A stretch of 64,000 nt of DNA. Origin: an uncultured Verrucomicrobiae bacterium (lineage in GTDB: Bacteria > Verrucomicrobiota > Verrucomicrobiia > Limisphaerales > Palsa-1400). The notes beneath the pieces are model-generated. The model saw only the letters and a list, made by a program, of their open reading frames with translations. It did no database searches and had not been told where the DNA came from. Shown here piece by piece: positions 1-8,298 of this stretch; position 1 is the stretch's first letter, and each line of letters opens with the position of its first letter. The stretch lies in assembly GCA_963764165.1 (NCBI GenBank), contig CAVXRD010000002.1:1-64000 (forward strand). The letters run 5' to 3'. A program made the translations under genes and the position numbers.

Positions 1-84
1 AAAGATTGAGCCGATCATTTGAGATGCGCCTGTCCCGAGTTGGTTCGATTGATCTAATCCGCGCGGGTGTTAGTATTTTCCACG

Positions 85-1752
85 ATGCATATAGGAATTT
101 TTGCCAGGACATTTGAGCGGCCAAGTCTCGTCGAGACTCTGGATGCGGTCGTTGACTGCGGGCTGGATTGCATTCAATTCAATCTGGCCTATTTGGGGTT
201 TCCACTGAAAGCGGCTAGTATTGACGCTTTGTTGGTTGAAAAAGCTTCAAGAGAGATCAGAGCGAGAAACCTCACAATAGCGGGGGTCTCGGGCACGTTT
301 AACCTGATCGACCCCAATCCTGCGAAGCGCCGCGAATCGGTGCGGCGCGTCGGCGAAGTGGCGGCGCAGTGCGCGGCTCTCAATACCCAGTTGGTGACGC
401 TTTGCACTGGAACGCGCGATCCGGAAAACATGTGGCGTCATCATCCAGACAATGACACGCCCGAGGCTTGGCGGGATTTGCTGGAATCGATGGAGTCGCT
501 GCTTGGATTCGCTGAGAAGCATAATATCCAGCTTGGGGTCGAGCCCGAAATTGGCAATGTCATCAGTTCCGCGCGAAAAGCCCGGAGGCTGCTGGATGAA
601 CTTCATTCCCCGCGGGTCAAAATTGTATTTGACGGGGCTAACCTCATCCGCCCCGGGGAAAGCCATCGAATGGATGCGATCATTGACGAGTCCTTTCAGT
701 TACTCGGCCGCGACATTGTTTCCGCGCACGCGAAGGATTTCAAGGATGGGCCGGAAATTGAGTTTGCCGCGCCGGGCCGGGGGACGCTGAATTGGGCGCG
801 ATTAATTCGGCAACTGAATGCGGTCGGATACGAAGGACCGTTGGTGCTGCACGGATTGCCCGAAGCGGATGTTAAACAAAGCATTGCGCATCTAGATATA
901 TGCATGAAAGAAAGTGAGGCCCCGCCCGATCACCCAATCTCCCGACTCTTCGAGCATGACGGCATCAAATTCCATTATCAAACTGCCGGCTCCGGAGTCC
1001 CGTTTATTTTCCAGCACGGGCTGGGGGCCGATTTAACGCAGCTATTCGGCCTCTTTCAACCGCCGCCCGGCATTCAAATGATCTCGATGGACTGCCGGGC
1101 GCACGGGCAAACGACGCCCGTCGGCCCCGATGACAAAATCAGCCTCGCCTCGTTCGCCGATGATCTTCTCGCGCTGATGGATCACTTGGGCCTTCAGAAA
1201 GCGGTGCTCGGCGGACTTTCGATGGGCGCGGCGATTTCGCTGAATCTCGCCATGCGGCATCCCGAGCGCTTGCTTGGCTTGGTCATGCTGCGTCCCGCCT
1301 GGCTGGATGGTCCGCGCCGCGACAACATCGCTGTGTTCGGCGCGGTCGCGACGCTTCTGCGGCAATACGGGCCGCAGGAAGGGCTCGCGCGCTTCAAGAA
1401 AACGGAAATTTACCGGCAAGCGCTGGCGGAATCGCCCGCCAATGCCGGATCGCTGGCCGCGCAGTTCATGCTGCCGCGCGCGCAGGAAACCGTGGCCCGC
1501 CTGGAGAGAATTCCTCTTGACTCCCCCGGTGGCGATCGAACCGATTGGCGCAAAATAAATTTGCCGACACTCGTCATGGCCAATGACCGCGATGCGATTC
1601 ATCCCCTCAATTTCGGGGTGACGCTGGCGCGGGAAATTCCCGGCGCGCAATTTGAGGAGATCACGCCGAAATCCATCGACCCGGAACGGCATCAGAAGGA
1701 AGTTCAACGCCATCTGGAGAAGTTTCTGCGGCAGTTCGTGGCGAACGGATAG
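85..1752 (+). CDS. Fusion of sugar-phosphate isomerase/epimerase (xylose-isomerase-like TIM barrel) and alpha/beta hydrolase
   Basis: N-half has TIM-barrel metal motifs GVEPE, VFDGAN, HAKD and PGRG. C-half has HGLG and the nucleophile elbow GLSMG. ATG at 85 is preferred over GTG at 67. Confidence 0.8.
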   Translation: MHIGIFARTFERPSLVETLDAVVDCGLDCIQFNLAYLGFPLKAASIDALLVEKASREIRARNLTIAGVSGTFNLIDPNPAKRRESVRRVGEVAAQCAALNTQLVTLCTGTRDPENMWRHHPDNDTPEAWRDLLESMESLLGFAEKHNIQLGVEPEIGNVISSARKARRLLDELHSPRVKIVFDGANLIRPGESHRMDAIIDESFQLLGRDIVSAHAKDFKDGPEIEFAAPGRGTLNWARLIRQLNAVGYEGPLVLHGLPEADVKQSIAHLDICMKESEAPPDHPISRLFEHDGIKFHYQTAGSGVPFIFQHGLGADLTQLFGLFQPPPGIQMISMDCRAHGQTTPVGPDDKISLASFADDLLALMDHLGLQKAVLGGLSMGAAISLNLAMRHPERLLGLVMLRPAWLDGPRRDNIAVFGAVATLLRQYGPQEGLARFKKTEIYRQALAESPANAGSLAAQFMLPRAQETVARLERIPLDSPGGDRTDWRKINLPTLVMANDRDAIHPLNFGVTLAREIPGAQFEEITPKSIDPERHQKEVQRHLEKFLRQFVANG

Positions 1753-1760
1753 CGTGGGCG

Positions 1761-1955
1761 GCATCCCGGAAGGGATGCCAGATTGTAGCCGGTGGTTGAG
1801 CGAAGCGACGCCCCAAAAACCCTCCTGCATCCTGAAAGGATGCCAGCCGCAGCACGCTGTCATCCCTGCCGGGATGAATAATTATTATTATCGTTTTTTC
1901 CAGTGGTGTCGCTTCGCTCAACCACCGGCTACACCCTGTGATGCCTTCGGCATCC
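1761..1955. repeat. REP/MITE-like composite palindromic element between convergent genes
   Basis: Perfect 26-bp inverted repeat tgtagccggtggttgagcgaagcgac (1784-1809 / 1908-1933), plus short hairpins gcatcccggaagggatgc, gcatcctgaaaggatgc, catccctgccgggatg and gatgccttcggcatc. Confidence 0.8.
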
Positions 1956-1978
1956 TTCGCAGACCCTGCCACCGACGG

Positions 1979-4900
1979 CTAGTTCGTCAAAAATGTTCCA
2001 TCCTGCGTTTGCACGCGGACGGATTCAGGCAATTTGGCCGCATCGAATTCCAGCACGATGGTGTGCGTGCCAGAAGCGAGCTGCGCGGCGACTTTGGAAT
2101 CGCGTTCCGGCGTTTCCGCTCCGTCAAGAATAACTTTTGCGCCGCTCGGAACGTCGAGATGAACTGTGCCGTCCTTGGCCGTGCGGAATTTCGCGCCCGC
2201 GCAAATGAGCGAACCACCCTGCACTTTGGCTTGGATGTCGTCGCGCAACAATCTGCCGTCCACCTGCGATGCGACGTTGTGCCATTGATCGCCAGCGAGC
2301 ATGTTCGTGTCGTGCAGTGACGCGCCATCCGCGAACGCGCCCACTCTCCAAAAGCGCGCGACATTTCCAGCGGAGGCGTCGAAGGGACCGGGCTTGCCGA
2401 GTTGGGCCAGGAATGCGAACAAATCCAATTGCTGCGGCATGGTCAAGTTGTCGGTCAGGCCGGAAGGCATGAGCGACCCGCCCTGCTTACGGGTGGCGAT
2501 TTGAGTCTTGGCGATGGTGACGAGTTGGTCGGCGGCGTTGCGCAGCACCAGTTCGTGATCGTTCTCACGCACGAGGATTCCGGCGGTGTCCTCGCCGTCG
2601 TGCGTCGTGACTTGGACAGATTGGTAGCCGTCCTTGATTTCCTTGTTCGGATAATAAACGGATTCGATCAGGTAATCCGGCTGGGCGCTTGCGCCAATGG
2701 AAGTCAAATCCGGCCCAACGTGACCGCCTACCCCGCCAATGGCATGGCAAGTAGCGCAGCTTTGTTGTTGACTGCGAAAGAGGCGTTCGCCGCGGGCGGG
2801 ATCGCCGTGGTTCAGGACGTTCTCGGCGAGGCGCATGATTTCAAGCTTGTTCAATTCGGCATCGCCACCTTGCAAGCCGGCGGCGCGGGTCAACGCGACC
2901 ACCAAGTCCGGTTCGTTCAATCCTTCGTGGACAGCGCGAATGCCGGATTTGGCCAACTCGGCAGGGAACCCGCTCTTGGGGAGCGCGGTGGACAGGACGC
3001 CTGCGGCGCCGGAATTCCGCAGCAACGCGCGCCACACAGAAACTTGCGTTTGGGAATCCGGCAAATCCTTCAGCAGCGCCAGCGCGATCGGACCGGAATT
3101 TTGCAGGTCAATTGCGGCCAGCGTGAGAACGGCGGGCTTGCGCAATTCCATCGGCTGCCCGGGCGCGGCCCATGGTTGCAGCGTCGCGATGACTTGCGGG
3201 CCGCCGATTTTTCGCAGCGCGTCGAAGACAGCGGTGCGGACGGATGCGGGTACATCCGGCTCGGTGGGAATCGCGCAGAGATTCGAAAAGCAGTCTGACA
3301 CCTTCCAATCGCCCGCCAGCCGGATCGCGTCGATGCGCGTCGACTCGTCGCCGGTGTGGAAGAGGGTCGCGAGTTTTTCGGTGTGCTGGGATGGATTTAC
3401 ACCGCGATCGGCGGCTGCCGTGACAGCCGCCCAGGCACGGCGATTGACTTCGGGTGGCCATTGTTGCTGCAAGTCGGGTGCCGGCTTCCGGTCAAACAAA
3501 TGACTGAGCGCATCCTCGACCTCTTCGGGTGTCAGTTGATCCACATCTGCCATTCCACCAGGTTTTTCTTTTTGCATCGCATTCCATTCCGGCAGGGCTC
3601 CGGCATTATGAAGCATCGAATCGAACAGCATTTGAACTTCAGCAGGCGCCCCGATTTGTCCGATCAATTCGATCCACGGCCCTTTGCCATTTATCCCTGC
3701 CGTGCGGTATTTTAGAAGTTCCGCAAGAAGAGGCGCAGCGATTTCACCGTCGATGGCGCGCAATCCGTAGGCCAATTGCTTTTCGTTTTTCGCGCCAGTC
3801 AATAGCCGCTGGCGCACGCCGCGAACCCACGGTTTGGCGAGATCGTTGATCGTCAGCCAAAGTGCGTAATCCTGAAATGAGTCAAGCTTTTGATCGACCA
3901 TTCCCAGTGCCCACTGCGCCGAGCGGGTCGAAGGAATTTTCGCCAGCGCCCGCAAGGCTTCGACGCGCACGCGCGGGAACGGATCATTCAATAGCCGCTG
4001 GTAAACGGCGTCCGGTTCGGCCTCGCCGCTGTAGGCAGATGCCGTTGATCGAGGCCACGCCGAAAGAACTCGCGCTCCGGCTGCGCGAATGCGCCCATCG
4101 CCCGCCGCCAGAACGCGATCCAGCAACGAATCGTCCTGGGCGGAAATAGCCTGATGCATCCAGAGTGATTCGAGCAATGCCTTTTCATCCGAATGCCGCG
4201 CGGTCCATTTTTTAAGATCCGGCAGGATGCGCATGCCGCGCTCGGTCAGCACGCGGCGTGATTGTTCGACGTCGTAAACATTCGAGGACAAAAGACTGTC
4301 CAACAATCGGCGATTTTCCAACTTTGTGAAGTCGCGATACGCCTCCAGCGGACGCCCTTTCGCCGTGATGCGCCAGATGCGGCCGTGATCGTGGTCGCGG
4401 CGCGGGTCGCGGAAATCGACTTCGCCGTGGTTGATAATCGGGTTGCACCAATCGGCCACGTAAAGCGCGCCGTCAGGGCCGAATTTCATGTCGATGGGGC
4501 GGAAGGAATCGTTGGTGGTGCGCAGCACATCCGGCATTTGCGTGGTGACATACCCCGCGCCGTCGTCGTTGATGGAGAAACGGACGAGGCGATGGGCGCG
4601 GAAATCCGCCGTGATCATGCTGCCTTGCCAATCGGCGGGGAATTGCTGGCTGGCGACGATTTCGAGCCCGCAGAATTTCGGATACGAGCCGGGGCTGATG
4701 CTGGCAAGTTCGCGGCGCATGCTCGCGTAAGTGAAATAGGTCGCGCCCTCTATTCCCCATGAAATCCCCTGCCCGCCCGCGCCGTCGGTGACGAACGACT
4801 GGCCGAAGGTGTCAAATTGGTGGCCCCACGGATTGCAAAAACCGCGCAGAAAAACATCGAGCTGCATGGACCGCGGTTGAAGATGGAGGACGCCACCGCT

Positions 4901-6361
4901 GTTCAATCGAACAATTCCGTTGGGCGTTTCAAGATGGCTGTGGATGTAAATCGATTGGTCGAAATAAAGCATGCCGTCCGGCCCCCACGCGAGCGTGTGG
5001 ACCAAGTGATGAGTATCCTCCGTTCCAAAGCCGGAAAGCACGACGCGGCGATCCGTCGCTTTCTCCTTGCCGGGAAAAAACAACAACTCCGTGCTCTGGC
5101 CCACGTAGCACCCGCCGTCGCCGGGCTCGACTGCTGTCGGGAGGAAAAGGCCGTCGACGAAGACAGTGGATTTGTCCGCGCGGCCCAAGTGCTGCGTGTC
5201 TTCCAGCACGACGATCTTGTCGTTTGCTTTCTGGCCGGGCGCGATTTGCGGATAAATGGACGACTCGGCAATCCACAGCCGTCCATGGGGGTCGAAATTC
5301 ATTTGCGTTGGCTTCATCAAAAGCGGCGAGGACGCCCATAGGCTGACTTCAAAGCCGGGCGCGACGTCGAAAGTCGGCAGGGCCGGCGCGTTCGATCCCT
5401 TCGCGGGGATTCCGGCTGGCAGGGGCGCGGGTTTCGCGGAGCTTTCCTTCGTCAACAATTGCTTCCATTGGAAAATGCGCTGGTCGGCCACTTCGATGAG
5501 CGGGTCGAATTCCGGAATTTCCTTCGCGTTCTTGCCCTGCTCGTGCTGGCGGAAGCCGAGAAGATATGTCTGGTTCTCCGGCCGCCAACGGTCAAAATAA
5601 AGCTGGTCCTTGCGCACAATTTCCTGCCGCAGCGATTCCACAATTTCCTTGCCCGCCGGTTTGATCTGCGGCTGCCAGCCAAGCTGCCGCGCCACTTCCA
5701 AGGCCATCAATTCATACCCGGCGGGCGTCAAGTGGATGCCGTTGTCGGTCACTTCGCGGGCGGGCTTGGATGGTTTCCAGTCGAACAGGTCGACGAAGGG
5801 AAAATGATGCTTGGCGGCGATCTCTCGCAGCAGGCCGGCATAGCGGCTCAGCCGATAATTGTGAAACACCGGATCCGGCAGCGGTGGCGGCAGTTTTTCG
5901 TGGCGCAACGGGCTGAGAATCACAAAGCGCAATGGCCGTTTGGAATCCTGCTGCAAGGCGGTGATCAGCCGCTCCATGTCGTCCGCGAACTTGGACGTGT
6001 CCGCATTTTCATCCAGCGAATTGGCCATTCCGTAGCCGAGAACGATCACCGTTGGCTCCGCTTTGGCAGCGGCGTCCCTCAATAATTGCAGCCCCTTGTT
6101 TGGATCGTTGAAATCAAACGAGAGGCGGCTCTGGCCCGTCGGCGTGTCACCGCTCCAGCCGAGGTTGCGCACAATGATGTGGTGATTTGGAAACGACGCG
6201 TTCATCACCGTTTCGAGCCAGCCCGATTCCTGATCTCGCTCGATAAATGCATCGCCGATCAACACAACGCGGTCGCCGTCGCGGACTTCAAATTCGCCGC
6301 CGCGGGCGGGCATCAAAAGCAGAGTCGATAGAACAAATGGCAATAGTAGGAGTGCGCGCAT
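1979..6361 (-). CDS. PVC-type heme-binding CxxCH protein (SGNH-like domain, beta-propeller dehydrogenase-like domain, HEAT repeats, cytochrome c)
   Basis: Signal peptide; SGNH-like blocks (IGDAF, RNLGWSGD, DNGIH); propeller motifs (FGPDGALYVADW, HGRIWRI); CATCH heme motif with GPDLT and distal SLMP; 1460 aa. Confidence 0.88.
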   Translation of the reverse strand: MRALLLLPFVLSTLLLMPARGGEFEVRDGDRVVLIGDAFIERDQESGWLETVMNASFPNHHIIVRNLGWSGDTPTGQSRLSFDFNDPNKGLQLLRDAAAKAEPTVIVLGYGMANSLDENADTSKFADDMERLITALQQDSKRPLRFVILSPLRHEKLPPPLPDPVFHNYRLSRYAGLLREIAAKHHFPFVDLFDWKPSKPAREVTDNGIHLTPAGYELMALEVARQLGWQPQIKPAGKEIVESLRQEIVRKDQLYFDRWRPENQTYLLGFRQHEQGKNAKEIPEFDPLIEVADQRIFQWKQLLTKESSAKPAPLPAGIPAKGSNAPALPTFDVAPGFEVSLWASSPLLMKPTQMNFDPHGRLWIAESSIYPQIAPGQKANDKIVVLEDTQHLGRADKSTVFVDGLFLPTAVEPGDGGCYVGQSTELLFFPGKEKATDRRVVLSGFGTEDTHHLVHTLAWGPDGMLYFDQSIYIHSHLETPNGIVRLNSGGVLHLQPRSMQLDVFLRGFCNPWGHQFDTFGQSFVTDGAGGQGISWGIEGATYFTYASMRRELASISPGSYPKFCGLEIVASQQFPADWQGSMITADFRAHRLVRFSINDDGAGYVTTQMPDVLRTTNDSFRPIDMKFGPDGALYVADWCNPIINHGEVDFRDPRRDHDHGRIWRITAKGRPLEAYRDFTKLENRRLLDSLLSSNVYDVEQSRRVLTERGMRILPDLKKWTARHSDEKALLESLWMHQAISAQDDSLLDRVLAAGDGRIRAAGARVLSAWPRSTASAYSGEAEPDAVYQRLLNDPFPRVRVEALRALAKIPSTRSAQWALGMVDQKLDSFQDYALWLTINDLAKPWVRGVRQRLLTGAKNEKQLAYGLRAIDGEIAAPLLAELLKYRTAGINGKGPWIELIGQIGAPAEVQMLFDSMLHNAGALPEWNAMQKEKPGGMADVDQLTPEEVEDALSHLFDRKPAPDLQQQWPPEVNRRAWAAVTAAADRGVNPSQHTEKLATLFHTGDESTRIDAIRLAGDWKVSDCFSNLCAIPTEPDVPASVRTAVFDALRKIGGPQVIATLQPWAAPGQPMELRKPAVLTLAAIDLQNSGPIALALLKDLPDSQTQVSVWRALLRNSGAAGVLSTALPKSGFPAELAKSGIRAVHEGLNEPDLVVALTRAAGLQGGDAELNKLEIMRLAENVLNHGDPARGERLFRSQQQSCATCHAIGGVGGHVGPDLTSIGASAQPDYLIESVYYPNKEIKDGYQSVQVTTHDGEDTAGILVRENDHELVLRNAADQLVTIAKTQIATRKQGGSLMPSGLTDNLTMPQQLDLFAFLAQLGKPGPFDASAGNVARFWRVGAFADGASLHDTNMLAGDQWHNVASQVDGRLLRDDIQAKVQGGSLICAGAKFRTAKDGTVHLDVPSGAKVILDGAETPERDSKVAAQLASGTHTIVLEFDAAKLPESVRVQTQDGTFLTN

Positions 6362-6440
6362 AGCTAACTGGGGCAGAATATGTAGAACTATTTGATAAAT
6401 TACGAGAATTTCCGTTGAAGACTAAGAATCACGCATTAAA

Positions 6441-7199
6441 TTGGTGCGTGTGAGCCAAATCGTGGAAGCCAAAGAAATTGTGTGGCTGCTGTTGCTGATC
6501 CCGCTCGGGATCGTCTTGGGAATCGGAGCCTTTTTCTTTTATTGCTCATGGCGCCGCTCCACGCTGACGGGTGGGAATTCATTTGAAAGCTCCATAGCGC
6601 CACGCTTCCGGGTGAGTTCATTTGACCAGCCGACCCGATGGCTCGCCGTCAAAGCGTCCAATCCCGCCGTTGTCCAAGCCGCGCTAAAATTGCACCATCC
6701 CATGACCGTTTCGTGGGAAGAGGGCCTCGCCGAGGCCCGGGAGGACAAACTTTTCATTTCGCCGAGCATCGCGGGATGGGTGCTGGTGGTGGGTTCGGGG
6801 CTTCCGGAAGCTGCCGACGACAGCGACAAGTGCTACCATTTTCTCGCCGCGCTCAGCCGCAAGCTCGGGCACGTCCAATTTTTCAGCGTGAGCCGATTCG
6901 TGCATTATCATACGTGGGTGCTGATGGAGCGCGGCCATGTTTTTCGCGGGTATGCCTGGGCTGGCGAGACACTTTGGAACCAGGGGCCAGTCACGGCGGC
7001 GGAGAAAGATCTCAAAATGTTGTGCCTCGAATACGCCTCCGACCAGAGCGCCTACAGCGTGCGCGAGGCCCTCTCGGCCAATTCGGACAAGATTTATCAA
7101 TTGGCCGCCCGCTGGAGCATTGACCCATCCGCCATTTCCCCGGAAATGTGGCGCGGCCGCGGCATCGTCGGCGCTTTGTCCCATCCTCGCTTGCATTGA
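6441..7199 (+). CDS. Hypothetical protein with N-terminal membrane anchor
   Basis: 252-aa ORF with hydrophobic IVWLLLLIPLGIVLGIGAFFFY; the true start may be GTG at 6462. Confidence 0.7.
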   Translation: MVRVSQIVEAKEIVWLLLLIPLGIVLGIGAFFFYCSWRRSTLTGGNSFESSIAPRFRVSSFDQPTRWLAVKASNPAVVQAALKLHHPMTVSWEEGLAEAREDKLFISPSIAGWVLVVGSGLPEAADDSDKCYHFLAALSRKLGHVQFFSVSRFVHYHTWVLMERGHVFRGYAWAGETLWNQGPVTAAEKDLKMLCLEYASDQSAYSVREALSANSDKIYQLAARWSIDPSAISPEMWRGRGIVGALSHPRLH

Positions 7200-7232
7200 A
7201 GACGCCGCTGCTTTGCGGCATCCTGCGCCAAG

Positions 7233-7520
7233 TTGAAACCGCCGGAAACATGTCCCGTCTGCGGAGCCGATGTACCTCCCCGCGCCCGCGCCTGTCCCGC
7301 TTGCGGCGCGGATGAGAAGACGGGTTGGGCGGAAGACGCTTACTCGGCCAGCCCCAACATTCCCAGCGACGATTTTGATTACGGCGATTTCGTTGAGCGC
7401 GAGTTCGGAACAAAGAAGCCCATTCCGCGCGGAATACACTGGGGATGGTGGATCGTCGCCATTGTGCTCGTGATTTTGTTTTTGCTGCCCCTCGTTTCAG
7501 GTTTGTTGCGCCGGCGGTGA
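7233..7520 (+). CDS. Zinc-ribbon protein with C-terminal TM helix
   Basis: CPVCG...CPACG pair and C-terminal WWIVAIVLVILFLLPLV. Confidence 0.75.
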   Translation: MKPPETCPVCGADVPPRARACPACGADEKTGWAEDAYSASPNIPSDDFDYGDFVEREFGTKKPIPRGIHWGWWIVAIVLVILFLLPLVSGLLRRR

Positions 7521-7536
7521 AAAAGAGCTTTGGGGG

Positions 7537-7775
7537 TGAACAGGAGGAAGACCGAGGGCACGGAGAGGGGAATTCCTTTGTCTTTTCTTCTTCGTGTCCT
7601 TTGCGTCCTTGTTGTTGAAATTTTTTGACTCCGGCCGGTTGGCCCCTGACGAGCGCCGCGCGCACCACACCATCGACAATTCAAACAAGACTTTTCCACG
7701 CCAAGGTCACCAAAGGCGCAAAGGAAACACTCGTTAAGAAGCAGTTGTCCGTTTTCTCGGCCGTCCTCGTGTTCA
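7537..7775. repeat. Nested degenerate inverted repeats
   Basis: tgaacaggaggaagaccgagggcacgga (7537-7564) pairs with 7748-7775 at about 22/28 positions; a weaker inner pair lies at about 7590-7620 / 7692-7723. Confidence 0.55.
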
Positions 7776-7849
7776 AATCAAATCCAATTCAAAACAAAAT
7801 AAAAGTTCATGTTGCCATCCGGCGCAGTCCCGCTGCATACTTCTGCCCC

Positions 7850-8164
7850 GTGATGCTTGGCGTTCCCAGAAGGTTCCTGCGCACCGCAAAAAGCGGCGCG
7901 GCGATTTTCTGTCTCGGCATCTATTTTCTGGTTCAATTGATGGCGGCTGTGCCCGCTTTCCACGCGTGGGTTCATCCGGATGCCAGCGATCCCGCCCACA
8001 ATTGCGCGGCGACCCTTTTGGCCAATGGCGAAGTCCATTCGCCAACGCCGGAAGTTAAAATTGCTTCCCCGCCCGCTCCTCTTATTTTCCAAGCGCCCTT
8101 GCGCGACGTTGCTTTTGTTTCGGCGGACATTCGTCTGCTCCCCGGCCGCGATCCCCCTGTCTGA
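7850..8164 (+). CDS. DUF2946/CruR-like leader protein: TM segment, His/Cys motif, C-terminal RxPP
   Basis: Hydrophobic helix, HAWVH-x7-HNC, Pro-rich linker and terminal PGRDPPV, directly upstream of a TonB-dependent receptor. GTG 7850/ATG 7853 follows TTGCCA-N18-CATACT. Confidence 0.7.
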   Translation: MMLGVPRRFLRTAKSGAAIFCLGIYFLVQLMAAVPAFHAWVHPDASDPAHNCAATLLANGEVHSPTPEVKIASPPAPLIFQAPLRDVAFVSADIRLLPGRDPPV

Positions 8165-8298
8165 TTCTTCGTTCGTCAGTTCGTTTCAATTCATGGCCAA
8201 TTAGTTGACTCCCTGGCGGATTCATTTTGTGAATGCCGGTTTTCCGGGAGTGGAACGAAAGTTCCAAATAGTATCCAACCTATTTTGAATTGTAATTT

